A stretch of 64,000 nucleotides of DNA, from positions 1-64,000 of the forward strand of contig CAVVKN010000010.1 of assembly GCA_963748825.1 (NCBI GenBank), written 5' to 3'. Numbering within the stretch: the stretch's first letter is position 1; each line of letters starts with the position of its first letter. The stretch comes from Methanotrichaceae archaeon. GTDB lineage: Archaea > Halobacteriota > Methanosarcinia > Methanotrichales > Methanotrichaceae. Shown here in pieces: positions 9,780 through 19,883 of the stretch. The translations under genes were made by a program, and so were the position numbers. The notes under the pieces are model-generated. The model worked only from the letters and a program-made list of their open reading frames with translations, was not told the origin of the DNA and ran no database searches.

Positions 9780-11758
9780 TCTCCCGACCTCTCCTGCGGC
9801 GGCGCAGCCGCTCCAGCCTTTCGCCCTGCCTTGAAAGTGGCCTTGCATGACTGCATGGAGCGGTGGCATTTTTCCGCCTGTTCTCGCATCTCATGAGCGC
9901 CTGGATCGCCTTGCCTTTCCAGCTCCTCTGATTTTGTCTGGTAGATCTTGAATGCCTTCTTGTAAGCCTTGAGCGCCTTATTGTAGCACTCCTCTTTATC
10001 CGCCACCGTCGATAAAGTGACATGAGCAAAAGCCAGATCTTTTAAAATTTCGGCATGCTCCAAAGGTGCCGTCTCCAGCGTGTAATACTGCAGGGCACGC
10101 TCATAGGCCTCGATGGCTTTCTGGCAGTTTTCCGCCTTGTCCTCCATCTCGGCCAAAGTGCTGAAGCTGTAGCCCAGATTCTTGAGAGCATCGGCATGCT
10201 CGGCCGGACTTATCCTCTCATAGATTCTAATTGCGGCCTGGCAGGCCTGTATTGCCCGCTGGCAGTTCTCCCGGCAATCCTGCACCTCGGCCAGAGCCGA
10301 ATAAGCCGCCCAGAGCAAAATCTGCGCCTCAGCATGCTCCTCGGGATGACTCTGGACGCTATAGATCTGCAAAGCCTCGAGAGCGGCAGATATGGCCTTC
10401 TTGCAGTCTTCGGCTTTGGCTTCCGCTGAGATTTCCATGTCCGCCAGCATTATGGCCGTCATGGCCAGATCCTTGCAGCAGGAAGCTAACTGCTGCGGCT
10501 GGACGGCCCAGGCCCTGTAAGAATGCAGCCGATCCTCACAGGCCTCCAGGGCAAGAGAGCAGTTCTCGGCCTGAAACTCGATATCGGCTAAGGTAAGATA
10601 GGCCAGCCAGAGGCTGCCTTTGGCTTCGGCATAATCCTCGGGGGAGTCTTCCAGGGAAAAGACAGAGAGAGCCTCCTCTGCTGCCCGGATGGCCTTCATG
10701 CAGTTGCCGACCTTATCCTCTCTCTGCCCCTGGGTAAGATAGACATTGGCCAGATTATTTTGAGCCGTTGCATAAAGCCTGGGAAACTCTTCACGAGAAT
10801 AGATCCGCAGAGCATTGCTGTAAGCCTCCAGAGCTCGCCGGCAGTTTTCCAGGAACCCTTGCCGATCCACCTCATCCCCGTCTTCACCCTCTTCTACTTC
10901 CTCATTCTCTTCGGCTAAGGCGAGGTAAGCATTTCCCAGATTGTTCTGCGTGGCGGCGTAGGCCAGTGGCTGCTCCTCCTCCGTTCTAAAGAGCAGCGCC
11001 TCCCGGCAGGCAGCAAGAGCCAGCCGGCAGTTTCCTGCCTTATCCTCTGTCTCGGAAAGGGAGAGATGGGCTATGGCCAGATTGTTTTTGATAGCTGCAT
11101 ATTGCATGGGACTGCGAACCGGAGAATAAACCTGGATGGCTTCCTGGTAAGCTAGAATGGCTTCTTTGCAGCTCTTTGCATGATCGGCAGCATTTGCCGC
11201 CTGGGCCAGCGTCAGATGGCTGCTAGCCAGGTTGGCCTTGGCACCGGCAAATTGCAGGGGGCTGTCTTTGAGGTTATAGACGCGAAGAGCTGTCTTGCAG
11301 GCCTCTACTGCCCTTCTGCCGTTTTCCTGTCGGCTCTCCAGCTCCGCCAGTTTTCGGTAGGCACAACATAGTTCATTTTGAATGGAAGCATGCTCTTCTG
11401 GAGCGGCGGTTAAAGAAAAGAAGGGCAGGAATTCTTCCCAGCAAAGGATAGCATGCTTGAGGTTTTTGGCTCGATTTGCATGGTCTGCCAAAGCGGCATA
11501 GACGAAGCCCAGGCTCCTCATGACTTTAGCGCGGAGAATCGGGTAGTTCTCCTGAGTATAAACGAGCAGAGCTTTTTCATAGGCGGCAATGGCGTGCTCG
11601 CAGATCTTCAAATCATTTTTTTGCTTGATTATTTCCAGGCAATTGTCGCCAATCCTTCTTTGTATGTTGCTGCGCTGCACATGGTCCATCTCGAAAGCCA
11701 GCATCTTCTCGTATACGATCAGGGCCTTTTCATATTCCGAATTGTCACCGGCTAGCAT
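9776..11758 (-). CDS. Long TPR-repeat protein
   Basis: Repeated PxxYAxxQNNLxxAYxxL...NCxxAIxAYxxAL units across 660 aa. Confidence 0.85.
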   Translation of the reverse strand: MLAGDNSEYEKALIVYEKMLAFEMDHVQRSNIQRRIGDNCLEIIKQKNDLKICEHAIAAYEKALLVYTQENYPILRAKVMRSLGFVYAALADHANRAKNLKHAILCWEEFLPFFSLTAAPEEHASIQNELCCAYRKLAELESRQENGRRAVEACKTALRVYNLKDSPLQFAGAKANLASSHLTLAQAANAADHAKSCKEAILAYQEAIQVYSPVRSPMQYAAIKNNLAIAHLSLSETEDKAGNCRLALAACREALLFRTEEEQPLAYAATQNNLGNAYLALAEENEEVEEGEDGDEVDRQGFLENCRRALEAYSNALRIYSREEFPRLYATAQNNLANVYLTQGQREDKVGNCMKAIRAAEEALSVFSLEDSPEDYAEAKGSLWLAYLTLADIEFQAENCSLALEACEDRLHSYRAWAVQPQQLASCCKDLAMTAIMLADMEISAEAKAEDCKKAISAALEALQIYSVQSHPEEHAEAQILLWAAYSALAEVQDCRENCQRAIQACQAAIRIYERISPAEHADALKNLGYSFSTLAEMEDKAENCQKAIEAYERALQYYTLETAPLEHAEILKDLAFAHVTLSTVADKEECYNKALKAYKKAFKIYQTKSEELERQGDPGAHEMREQAEKCHRSMQSCKATFKAGRKAGAAAPPQERSGE

Positions 11759-12713
11759 TTCGGCTCCCGTCTAAAAATTCTCCCATGATCGAATTGAGAT
11801 GTGTTTTTTTGTTTTGCATTGGCCGCTTCGCTCCCCTTTGGTTCTCCTGCCAGATTATTCTAATCGCCGCTACTTCTAATCTTCGCCCATATCATCATAT
11901 CCTTTGGTATTTATTAACAATTTTTAAAATTCGCCATAAACTTAGTAAATATACCGAAACAGTTAAATCTCATGAGACCAGATAGTGTAATTGAAAAAAT
12001 TATTATACGCAACAATCAAGTTGATAGAAATCCTGCCAAGAGGGTGAGAGATCAGGTTCTAAACCTCCTTCCTGAACCTCTCCCTCCTCATATAATTCTT
12101 ATCTTAATCGATTTTTGATTTCACACTTCAGCTTGAATGACGAATGACTCCTCGAATATATTTTCGTAAAATTTTAGAAATCATCTAATTACCACGACGT
12201 CCAGGAGGAGCAAGATGGCTCCCAAAAAACCCACTATGGTGATTATAGTCTCAGTATTCATCTCTGGGTTATGCACGGGCCGTGCCCTAAGCAGATCTAG
12301 AATATATAGGTTTCCGGAGATGAGTTAGATTGTGGAGTCCCGCCCAAAACTATATATCTCGGCAATTAACTTGGTCGGCAAAAGTCTTTAGATCTCCCCC
12401 TACATTCTATTTTTTTCCCCTCACGGTTTTTGCCTCCTTCCTATTCCTCTTTGAGTTAAAAATCCACAACTAATTTCCATAGTGTTACTTCTTTCTGAGT
12501 CGTATTACTCACCTGTTATAATTGTCCGATGCGTGGTGTCCGAATGCAAATATCGCTATCCACAACTGTCCAATCGCATTTTGTGCATGTTAATCGAAAA
12601 GCCAATCCTGCCGATCCAATACCTCAAATTTTTTAGAATATCCTCTCCAAGTAAAAGTGTGCCTATAATATATTTCGGTAAGGTATTTAACCTTAAAGTG
12701 AGGTATTATACCT

Positions 12714-12962
12714 ATGGTCGAGGAAAGTTATAGAGAATTTATGTGCAAGCTTGTATACCCCGGATGCGAATTTGCGGTACGCGCGAAGACTGATGATGAG
12801 GTCATTGAGCTTGCGCGTATGCATCAGGAAAGGGCTCACGGAGTGAAGGAGACATCGCCAGATGTGGAAAAGAAAATCAAGGAACATATCAAGGTAGTGC
12901 CGATCAAACCTGGAGATTCAAGGGTAGCAAAGAAAAAATCTCTCCTAGATACTTGCTTCTAG
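12714..12962 (+). CDS. DUF1059-like small metal-binding protein
   Basis: FMCKLVYPGCEFAVRA...EVIELARMHQERAHG (C..C..H..H) pattern. Confidence 0.75.
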   Translation: MVEESYREFMCKLVYPGCEFAVRAKTDDEVIELARMHQERAHGVKETSPDVEKKIKEHIKVVPIKPGDSRVAKKKSLLDTCF

Positions 12963-13511
12963 GCCCTAATTAACTCTTTTTCAAGTTCGGGCGACCGCAG
13001 AGGCTCCTATCTGCTTCTATCTGCTTTATCTCTTCAACAAGTGACACAATTTCTAAACCAAAACAAATTGTATATGCATCATCCTACGCGAATAATAGGA
13101 GGAATAACCCATATGTTTCTCCTTGCACTGAATTCGCTTTAAAAGATTGAATCAATATCCATTGGGCTAAGGCTTTCTTCAGTACCCATCCGTAAAATTT
13201 AAGATCTCCTAAAATGCTTTAAAAGGGCACATTTTCATTCCGACATAAAATTATCACGCTTTTGATTATTTTGCCGTTATCCTTCAAATTTGGAGGGTTT
13301 ATGGGCATCTAAAACGGGTGTTACACCCAGAATTACAGGTTGTATATTGTTCACGAATTCAAGGGGGATTGAGGTCGGAAGCGCACCGTCACCCAAGACG
13401 GGGGCGCTGCAGACCTATCCACCTGAATAAGAATAAAAAATTATTAAAATATCTGCCGACAGATAATTCCGAAATATGGTACATATCAAAAAGAAGAGAT
13501 GGACGCTAGGA

Positions 13512-14089
13512 TCAGCCCTTATACTCCAACTCCTTGGCTTTGGCGTAGGCAGCATTGGCTTCAGCAGTCCTTCCGAGAGCTTTGAAAGCCTCGCCTTTGT
13601 TGTTCTATGCATCAGCGAGATTTGGATCTAGCTTGATAACTCGGTCGCATGCCTGAATGGCATCGGCGTACTTACCTTTGTCATCGAGAGCATCGCCTTT
13701 GTTGCCCCAGGAAGCGGCAAAACTGTTATTAGCCAAATTGCATCATCGCAAGCCTTGATGGCATCATAGTACTTGTCCTGGGCACAGAGATCAACGCCTT
13801 TATTGGACCAATCTTCTGCGGTCACCGACAGCTCTTCTGCCTTGGCGATGGCGGCATCTTCTTCGTCGTTCCTTCTGAGAGCATTGAGAGCATTGCCTTT
13901 GTTGTTCAAGGCTGCGGTATTCCTGGGATCAAGCCTGATAACTTCGTCATAGTACTTGATGGCTTCATCATACTTGTCCTGCATGCAGAGAGCATTGCCT
14001 TCATAGAAGAAATCCTCCGCAGTCTTCTGACATTGTGCTGATGTCATCAATGCCAGAAGAAGAATAAAAACGGCATATATCAATTTCAT
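13512..14089 (-). pseudogene. Secreted TPR protein, frameshifted with premature stop
   Basis: Signal peptide and TPRs (NNKGNAL); TPR text continues in other frames below ~13730, ending DA*NNKGEAFKALGRTAEANAAYAKAKELEYKG* at 13512. Confidence 0.75.
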
Positions 14090-14394
14090 AAGACCGAGAA
14101 AGTGCTTAAAGAAGATATGCTTGTTGCCTTCTACCGCCCTACTCCCAATCTCTGATTATATCTAAAATAGAAATTGGATCTAACGCCTCCGTCTTACCTC
14201 CTCTCATAGGGCGAGCACTTTTATTCAGCTATGATTTGAGCACTTTTTCCATCGCCATTGACAGGCAGCCTATTGATGTAAAATTTAGCACTTTAGGTGG
14301 TTCAAGGGATTATGATTTATCAATTCAAGAGGACTTGTCTGATGTACCTCGATTTGATTTGGATTAGCCACAGTCTCCTCCTTGTTGTACATCT

Positions 14395-14597
14395 CATATT
14401 CTTCTTCGAGGTGCTTCTTGAAATCGCCTCCTTTGCACTCGCCTCCGCGATATCTTCATAGCGGGAGCGATCTGTTTTGTAGTCACCCCCTTCTGCTTTT
14501 GCCGGATAATCCAATGAATCTTGCGTTTGTCTAATTTCATAACCCGTGTTACGGGTCCAGGGTTAAAGCGTATGCGAAATACTTTCGGGACTACACA
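14395..14597 (-). mobile_element. IS481-family remnant: end sequence plus 5' fragment of transposase
   Basis: ATG at 14540 gives MKLDKRKIHWIIRQKQKGVTTKQIAPAMKISRRRVQ (HTH of archaeal IS481-like transposases), then truncated; upstream end reads TGTGTAGTCCCGAAAGTATTTCGCA. Confidence 0.6.
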
Positions 14598-14817
14598 GGA
14601 GATTGGTTAGATTGTAGAGTCCTGATTCCGAACGGACGCGAAATAATTTCAGGACTCCACGCCTTTCCTCATTACGGATGGGATTCTTGATAGCAGGAGA
14701 GGATAATCGAAATGATAGTCTGTCCACACCCCACTACCGTATTCAAGAGTGACCTTTCTTACTTAGTCGTGCCCACAGATAGGTGGCATCATCCTTTTCG
14801 GAAAGGTCTTCCTCACT

Positions 14818-15210
14818 TCAAAAATGTATCCCGGCACCGCTCAATTTCCGGCGAATGTTCCTGATGGCCACCAGGCCAAGGCCATTAGAGCCGAACTTCT
14901 CCTGCCATTGATCCAAAGTCATTAGAGCATTTCCATTGGCCTCTCTGATCTGGTAGAATCCCCTGCCATACATGGTAATGATCATTTCTATGCTGTTGGT
15001 GTTCATCGTGACGCCAATAATGATATCGTCGGCCATCAGCTCTGATGTCTTTTTCTCTACAGATCCTTCATCTGATTCCGCATCGAGAACCGTCCAAGAT
15101 TTAGCCAGCTTCTCAGGTCCCCAGTTCGGTATCATCGAATAGCCACCGAGAGGCAAATCATAGCCTGGCCCAGTGTACTTACAGATCCCACTTAGCCAAT
15201 TTTCAGTCAT
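14818..15210 (-). CDS. Hypothetical protein
   Basis: 130-aa ORF with GGTGA ribosome-binding site upstream of ATG; no recognised motif. Confidence 0.6.
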   Translation of the reverse strand: MTENWLSGICKYTGPGYDLPLGGYSMIPNWGPEKLAKSWTVLDAESDEGSVEKKTSELMADDIIIGVTMNTNSIEMIITMYGRGFYQIREANGNALMTLDQWQEKFGSNGLGLVAIRNIRRKLSGAGIHF

Positions 15211-15744
15211 ACGTTTTCACCTTCTTTTTAGATATCGGCGGGCTGCAAGGCCCGCTTCATTGCAGCGTCACGATCTCCGTGTTATGTAAGTAGGGTTGAG
15301 TCGTAACAATGATTTGATAACTATTTTCCGTATTGTTCTCTTATGAATTATGATACCTTGAATTTTGACAACTTGCGACCTCTGAAACTTGGATATTCTG
15401 GACTTCTCAATTGCATAAGAATGGGTCGTTCGTTCAATCTATTCTGATCATCGATGAGTAAGTCTTGCCATCTTCCAACTGCACCATTTCCAGAATTATC
15501 TGACTTAATTTGTAGTTGCTGTTTGCGTTCCAAATATATATATAGCTTTTCTATTTCATGTTCTGTATTTAGTTCCGAAACTTTATTAGCGTACCATAAT
15601 ATGAGTATTAGTGATAGATTCTTTTTTTATTCTCCTTAAACGGGAGTTTATTATAGTGAGGATTTGGAAAAGAAGGTTAAGAATGAACTACCTCAAAAAA
15701 TGTGTGCCAGAAAAGAAAATATAAGGGCGCTGGGGCTGGAAGCC

Positions 15745-16188
15745 CTAGACCCCGCCCAGGTAACCTTCACCTTCATTTGGATTCAGCGTAACCCACTGCT
15801 CGGCTACACCTTTTGGCAGCAAATTGATGTCATTGGTCGTGTAGCTCGCCCCGCCTACCTTGTTGTTGCCGTCGATCTGATGAATAATGCCCTTTGGTGT
15901 GGTTGTGTTGTTGGCTATCATTACCGGTTTGCTCAGGTCAACAGGAGCACTGCCCATCTTCTGCATGAGCAGCAAGCGATCTTCTCCGAAGTGCTCTCTA
16001 ACCCAGGCGTTGTAGACGTCCACCTGTGCATTAAAGCCGGTGACATTGATTCCTTTCTGTGCCTGCTCGTATGCCTGGCCCATCTTAAAGCCGATATTGA
16101 GGCCCTCTGCGGCACCTTGCTGCCAGTCGGTATAACCTACGGCCAAGCTCAGGCCCACTACGCATAAAAATATCGCAATATACTTCAT
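15745..16188 (-). CDS. Secreted hypothetical protein
   Basis: Signal peptide MKYIAIFLCVVGLSLAVG; GGAGTGA RBS-like sequence upstream. Confidence 0.7.
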   Translation of the reverse strand: MKYIAIFLCVVGLSLAVGYTDWQQGAAEGLNIGFKMGQAYEQAQKGINVTGFNAQVDVYNAWVREHFGEDRLLLMQKMGSAPVDLSKPVMIANNTTTPKGIIHQIDGNNKVGGASYTTNDINLLPKGVAEQWVTLNPNEGEGYLGGV

Positions 16189-16295
16189 CTGTCCATCACT
16201 CCTTTGTTTTATCACATATTAGGATTTCAGATACCTTTACGAGGTAAGGGGTTGCATCAATTGGACTGCCTGCAAAATCCGGCTCGGAGAGCCCT

Positions 16296-16778
16296 CTAGC
16301 GGAACACTGACGGCAGTGCGTAGCTTGTTCTACTGACACCATTTGCAGTAGCGATAGCATTGCTTCTCTCCACATAGATCGGCTCACCGGTGTAAGGATC
16401 CAGGTAGAAATACTTGGTCTCCCCGGTATTGGGAATTTTGTATGCATAGATCGGATATCCTGTGAAGGGATCCTTCTCAACTTCTCCTATCCAGCCATCG
16501 GTATAATTGAGAGATTTCCATGTATTAAATGGATCAGTTACCAGCTTTCCATTCTGAATTAGGCTTCCCTTGGGCGCGCTTCCCCAGTTCCACAGGCTGT
16601 TATTGCTACTATTGCCGCTGACGGGGGCCGGCTGTGTATCATTGGCCTTTAAGGTGCCAATCACATTCCTGCCGAAATCTCCGCCCACGTTCTGGAAACG
16701 GCTCGTGCTCTGTGCATAGCAATCCACCGCCAAGAGACAAGCTATTAGTACTACCATTACTGCCAATGCAGTCTTCAT
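16296..16778 (-). CDS. Secreted DPxTG-repeat family protein (paralogue 1)
   Basis: Signal peptide; FQNVGGDFG, LWNWGSAPKG and DPxTG repeats shared with 16889..17434 and 19884..20483. Confidence 0.8.
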   Translation of the reverse strand: MKTALAVMVVLIACLLAVDCYAQSTSRFQNVGGDFGRNVIGTLKANDTQPAPVSGNSSNNSLWNWGSAPKGSLIQNGKLVTDPFNTWKSLNYTDGWIGEVEKDPFTGYPIYAYKIPNTGETKYFYLDPYTGEPIYVERSNAIATANGVSRTSYALPSVFR

Positions 16779-16804
16779 ACTGACCCCACCAAGCTTACAT
16801 TAAT

Positions 16805-16830
16805 GCAGAGCGATAAAAGGCTTTCGCGTG
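16805..16830 (-). promoter_or_regulatory. BRE/TATA-like promoter of paralogue 1, duplicated at 17462-17487
   Basis: Minus strand CACGCGAAAGCCTTTTATCGCTCTGC versus CACGCGAAAGGCTTTTATTTCTCTGC at the same distance upstream of paralogue 2. Confidence 0.6.
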
Positions 16831-16888
16831 TCTGAGTCATTCTCGCTGCTCCGGGTTAATTTTCCAATCGGCAAATTTTCTTTCCAAT

Positions 16889-17434
16889 CTAACTGAAGAT
16901 CGGTGGCAGAGCGAATTTCTTCTCTTCTACGTACTGGCCGGAAACGGGCGTAAAGCTGGCATAGGTCGGCACTCCTGTTTCAGGATTAAAGTAGACGTAA
17001 ATCAGCCTTCCCGTCTTGGAATCCGTGTATGTATAGTAAGACTGGCCTGAGATTGGGTCCACATAAGTTTTAACCGGTTCACCAGTTTGGGCATCCGTGT
17101 AAGAATTTGCTGAAGTAGCAGTACCGTAGGGATCCACGAAAGAATCTTCCAGCCAATTGCTGGTAACATTTAGCTTTTTCATTGTATATTTAGGATCGCC
17201 GATAAGGTTACCATCAACAACCAGGGTTCCCTTGGGCGAACTTCCCCAGCTCCACAGGCTGCTCTTATTATCGCTTGCATCAGCCGGCTTTGTATCATTG
17301 GCTTCTATGGTGCTGATCATCTTTTTGCCAAAATCTCCGCCCACACTCTGGAAACGGCTGGAACTTTGGGCATAGCAGCCTGCGGCTAATAGGCATACTA
17401 CCAGCACTACCACTACTGCAAAAGCAGTCTTCAA
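16889..17434 (-). CDS. Secreted DPxTG-repeat family protein (paralogue 2)
   Basis: Near-identical N-terminus and leader (gtggggtcagta) to paralogue 1; TTG start at 17434 by alignment. Confidence 0.8.
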   Translation of the reverse strand: MKTAFAVVVVLVVCLLAAGCYAQSSSRFQSVGGDFGKKMISTIEANDTKPADASDNKSSLWSWGSSPKGTLVVDGNLIGDPKYTMKKLNVTSNWLEDSFVDPYGTATSANSYTDAQTGEPVKTYVDPISGQSYYTYTDSKTGRLIYVYFNPETGVPTYASFTPVSGQYVEEKKFALPPIFS

Positions 17435-17520
17435 TACTGACCCCACGAGCAAAAGAAGGCCGCAGAGAAATAAAAGCCTTTCGCGTGCTCCTATCTATAT
17501 GCTTTTTTCGCGCTTCATTC

Positions 17521-17561
17521 TTAAATGAATAACCCGCAGCTCGCTGCGGCTATTCATTTAA
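17521..17561. repeat. Imperfect palindrome (REP-like hairpin or terminator)
   Basis: TTAAATGAATA-AC-CCGCAGC-TC-GCTGCGG-C-TATTCATTTAA directly after the sulfatase stop. Confidence 0.6.
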
Positions 17562-17569
17562 AAAAAGGG

Positions 17570-19564
17570 TTAGGGAAGGACAATATTAAAACCTGGATCG
17601 AACACATCGAGCATCCCGATAAACCGCTCAAACACAGAGGAATCTCCGGTAGTAATCACGTCTGCCGGAAGAACGGATGGGTCAAGTGCCAGTTGTTCAA
17701 GAGTCTTACGGGGCATATAGACGGTAACATTTGCTTCTGTCGAGGGTTCTTCATTAACCCAGAAATTAAGCACACTATTCTTCACCAGAATTACTGCTTT
17801 GTCTGATGTATCGTTAATTATCAGGTCCATCTTGAAATTTTCTCCATCAGCTTCTGATCCATTGAGCCTGACTGCTAGATAATCAAGGAGCTGACTTAAA
17901 GACATCCCAGACATCACATCTGCAGATATCATCATCCTTCCCTGTACCGGTTCGGTGCTGCGAAGTTCCTGTGCTCCAACCAGGTATGCATTCCTTGCAG
18001 GACCTGATTCTGCCTGATATCCGAGCTGTTCAAGAGCAGCAGCTTCCATCTCCCTGGCCTCCCTATTGGCAGGATCTGCAAAGACCAGATAATTAGCGAT
18101 AGAGGCTACCAGTTCATACTGTCCATTATCATAATCTTTGGCAAGTTTCTGCAGGACAGCATCTGCTCCTCCCATGTACTCGGTGATATTCTGGGCAAAC
18201 TCCTCCGGAGGAAGCCGCTTAAGGTTAATGGGATTTGCATCGTAAAATCCAAGATATTTCTGGTATGTTGCTTTCACACCCATGTAGATCTGGCCGTAAA
18301 ACCCATGGGTATACCAGTATTCCTGTAAGGACTCGGGAAGAACGATCATATTAGAGATCTCATCCATGGTATAGCCTTTATTCATGAGATTCAGCGTCTG
18401 GTCATTGATATACTTGTACATGTCACGCTGGTTTTCGAGCAGTTCAATAACCTTATCATTCCCAAACCTGGGCCAGTTATGGGCTGTAAACACGACATCA
18501 GCCTTATCGCCGTACAATCTTCGTGCTTCGTCAAGGAATTCAGCCCACGAAAGCGGGTCTCTGACCTGTGCTCCGCGAAGGGTCAGGATATTATGGAGCG
18601 TCCCTACGCAGTTTTCAGCCATAAAAAGCGCCTTATGATCCGGGAACCAGATGTTCAGCTCAACCGGGGCTTCGGTATTTGTGGTATACTGAAACTCCAT
18701 TTTGACTCCGTCAATAGTCAGTGTCTGACCGGTGCTGTTAATATCAATCGTGGGTGCGATAAGAGATGACCTCCCAACTGAGGGATACTTGCCAAGACCG
18801 TTATCGACAAGACCTTTCTCATCACGGGGAAGGCGTGATCCGTACATGTACGTAGCCCGCCGTTGCATTGCAGTTCCGGCATACACGTTCTCACTGACTG
18901 CATGCTCCATGAACCCAACAGGTGCGATGATCTCGACGTCACCGGCAGCAACTTCCTCATCAGTAACTACTCCTTTCACTCCCTGGTAATGGTCTGCATG
19001 AGGGTGTGAATAAATGACTGCCTTCACCGGATAATACCCTAATGTCCTGTTTACCAGGTCCATTGCAGCACGTGCAGTCTCAACTGAATGCATGGGATCA
19101 ATGACTATCCAGCCGTTATTACCCTTAATGAGGCTCATTGTTGTCATATCATATCCTCTGACCTGGTAAATTCCCGGGACGACTTCGAATAACCCGTTAA
19201 TGTTATTCAATCGTGCATGCCTGCACAGAAGTGGATTTATCGTGTCAGCACAAGTCCCATTATCCAGGTACGAAAATACTTCCATATTCCAGGAGGTATA
19301 ATTCGGGTAATCAGAGGGAATAATCAGGGGATCATCGGTTGCGATAAATCCCTGAGTGGCAAAATTAAAGTCTTCCTCATTATTATTCCATGCAGGAGTA
19401 TTGTTTGCCTTCAGGTTGGCAGCAATGGTGTATTCAGTTGCATCGTTCCTGATAGAGCTACTAGATGCCCCACCAGCGACTGAAATTTCGCTACCACATA
19501 CTCCCGGTATTACTGCTATCAATACGATGGCAGCTACTAGTAGTGCCTTTAAATATATTTTCAT
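17570..19564 (-). CDS. Secreted alkyl/aryl-sulfatase (BDS1/SdsA1 family, metallo-beta-lactamase fold)
   Basis: Signal peptide; GLFEVVPGIYQVRGYD, SHPHADH, TEAPVE, HNILTLRGAQVRD, HNWP motifs; C-terminal SCP2-like domain ending FNIVLP. Confidence 0.9.
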   Translation of the reverse strand: MKIYLKALLVAAIVLIAVIPGVCGSEISVAGGASSSSIRNDATEYTIAANLKANNTPAWNNNEEDFNFATQGFIATDDPLIIPSDYPNYTSWNMEVFSYLDNGTCADTINPLLCRHARLNNINGLFEVVPGIYQVRGYDMTTMSLIKGNNGWIVIDPMHSVETARAAMDLVNRTLGYYPVKAVIYSHPHADHYQGVKGVVTDEEVAAGDVEIIAPVGFMEHAVSENVYAGTAMQRRATYMYGSRLPRDEKGLVDNGLGKYPSVGRSSLIAPTIDINSTGQTLTIDGVKMEFQYTTNTEAPVELNIWFPDHKALFMAENCVGTLHNILTLRGAQVRDPLSWAEFLDEARRLYGDKADVVFTAHNWPRFGNDKVIELLENQRDMYKYINDQTLNLMNKGYTMDEISNMIVLPESLQEYWYTHGFYGQIYMGVKATYQKYLGFYDANPINLKRLPPEEFAQNITEYMGGADAVLQKLAKDYDNGQYELVASIANYLVFADPANREAREMEAAALEQLGYQAESGPARNAYLVGAQELRSTEPVQGRMMISADVMSGMSLSQLLDYLAVRLNGSEADGENFKMDLIINDTSDKAVILVKNSVLNFWVNEEPSTEANVTVYMPRKTLEQLALDPSVLPADVITTGDSSVFERFIGMLDVFDPGFNIVLP

Positions 19565-19797
19565 CTTTCTTCCACTCCTCTTCCTTCACATTCAGACTCT
19601 AAAAAATTCTCTGATTTAAGTGTAATAATTTTCCCAACTTTGTTCCCGATGGTGGAATTGGCTTCCATTTTGCCTATTTCTTGACCTCAAAATGCTTGTT
19701 GGGGCTATCTTCCTCCTTAAAACGTGTATGCAATATTTAACTATTTAAGTTTAATTTTTTGACTTCTCAACAATAGTGAAACTTAAGCAGCGACTTG

Positions 19798-19824
19798 GAT
19801 GCCCTGCCGCTTGCAGCGGGGTAC
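19798..19824. repeat. REP-like / IS200-IS605-end-like hairpin
   Basis: GATGCCCTGCCGC-TT-GCAGCGGGGTAC imperfect GC-rich hairpin in AT-rich intergenic DNA. Confidence 0.5.
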
Positions 19825-19883
19825 ACTGTTTGACTTAAAAAGATTTTATATTTAATCTTAAACATAATATAGGCCCCCCCATT

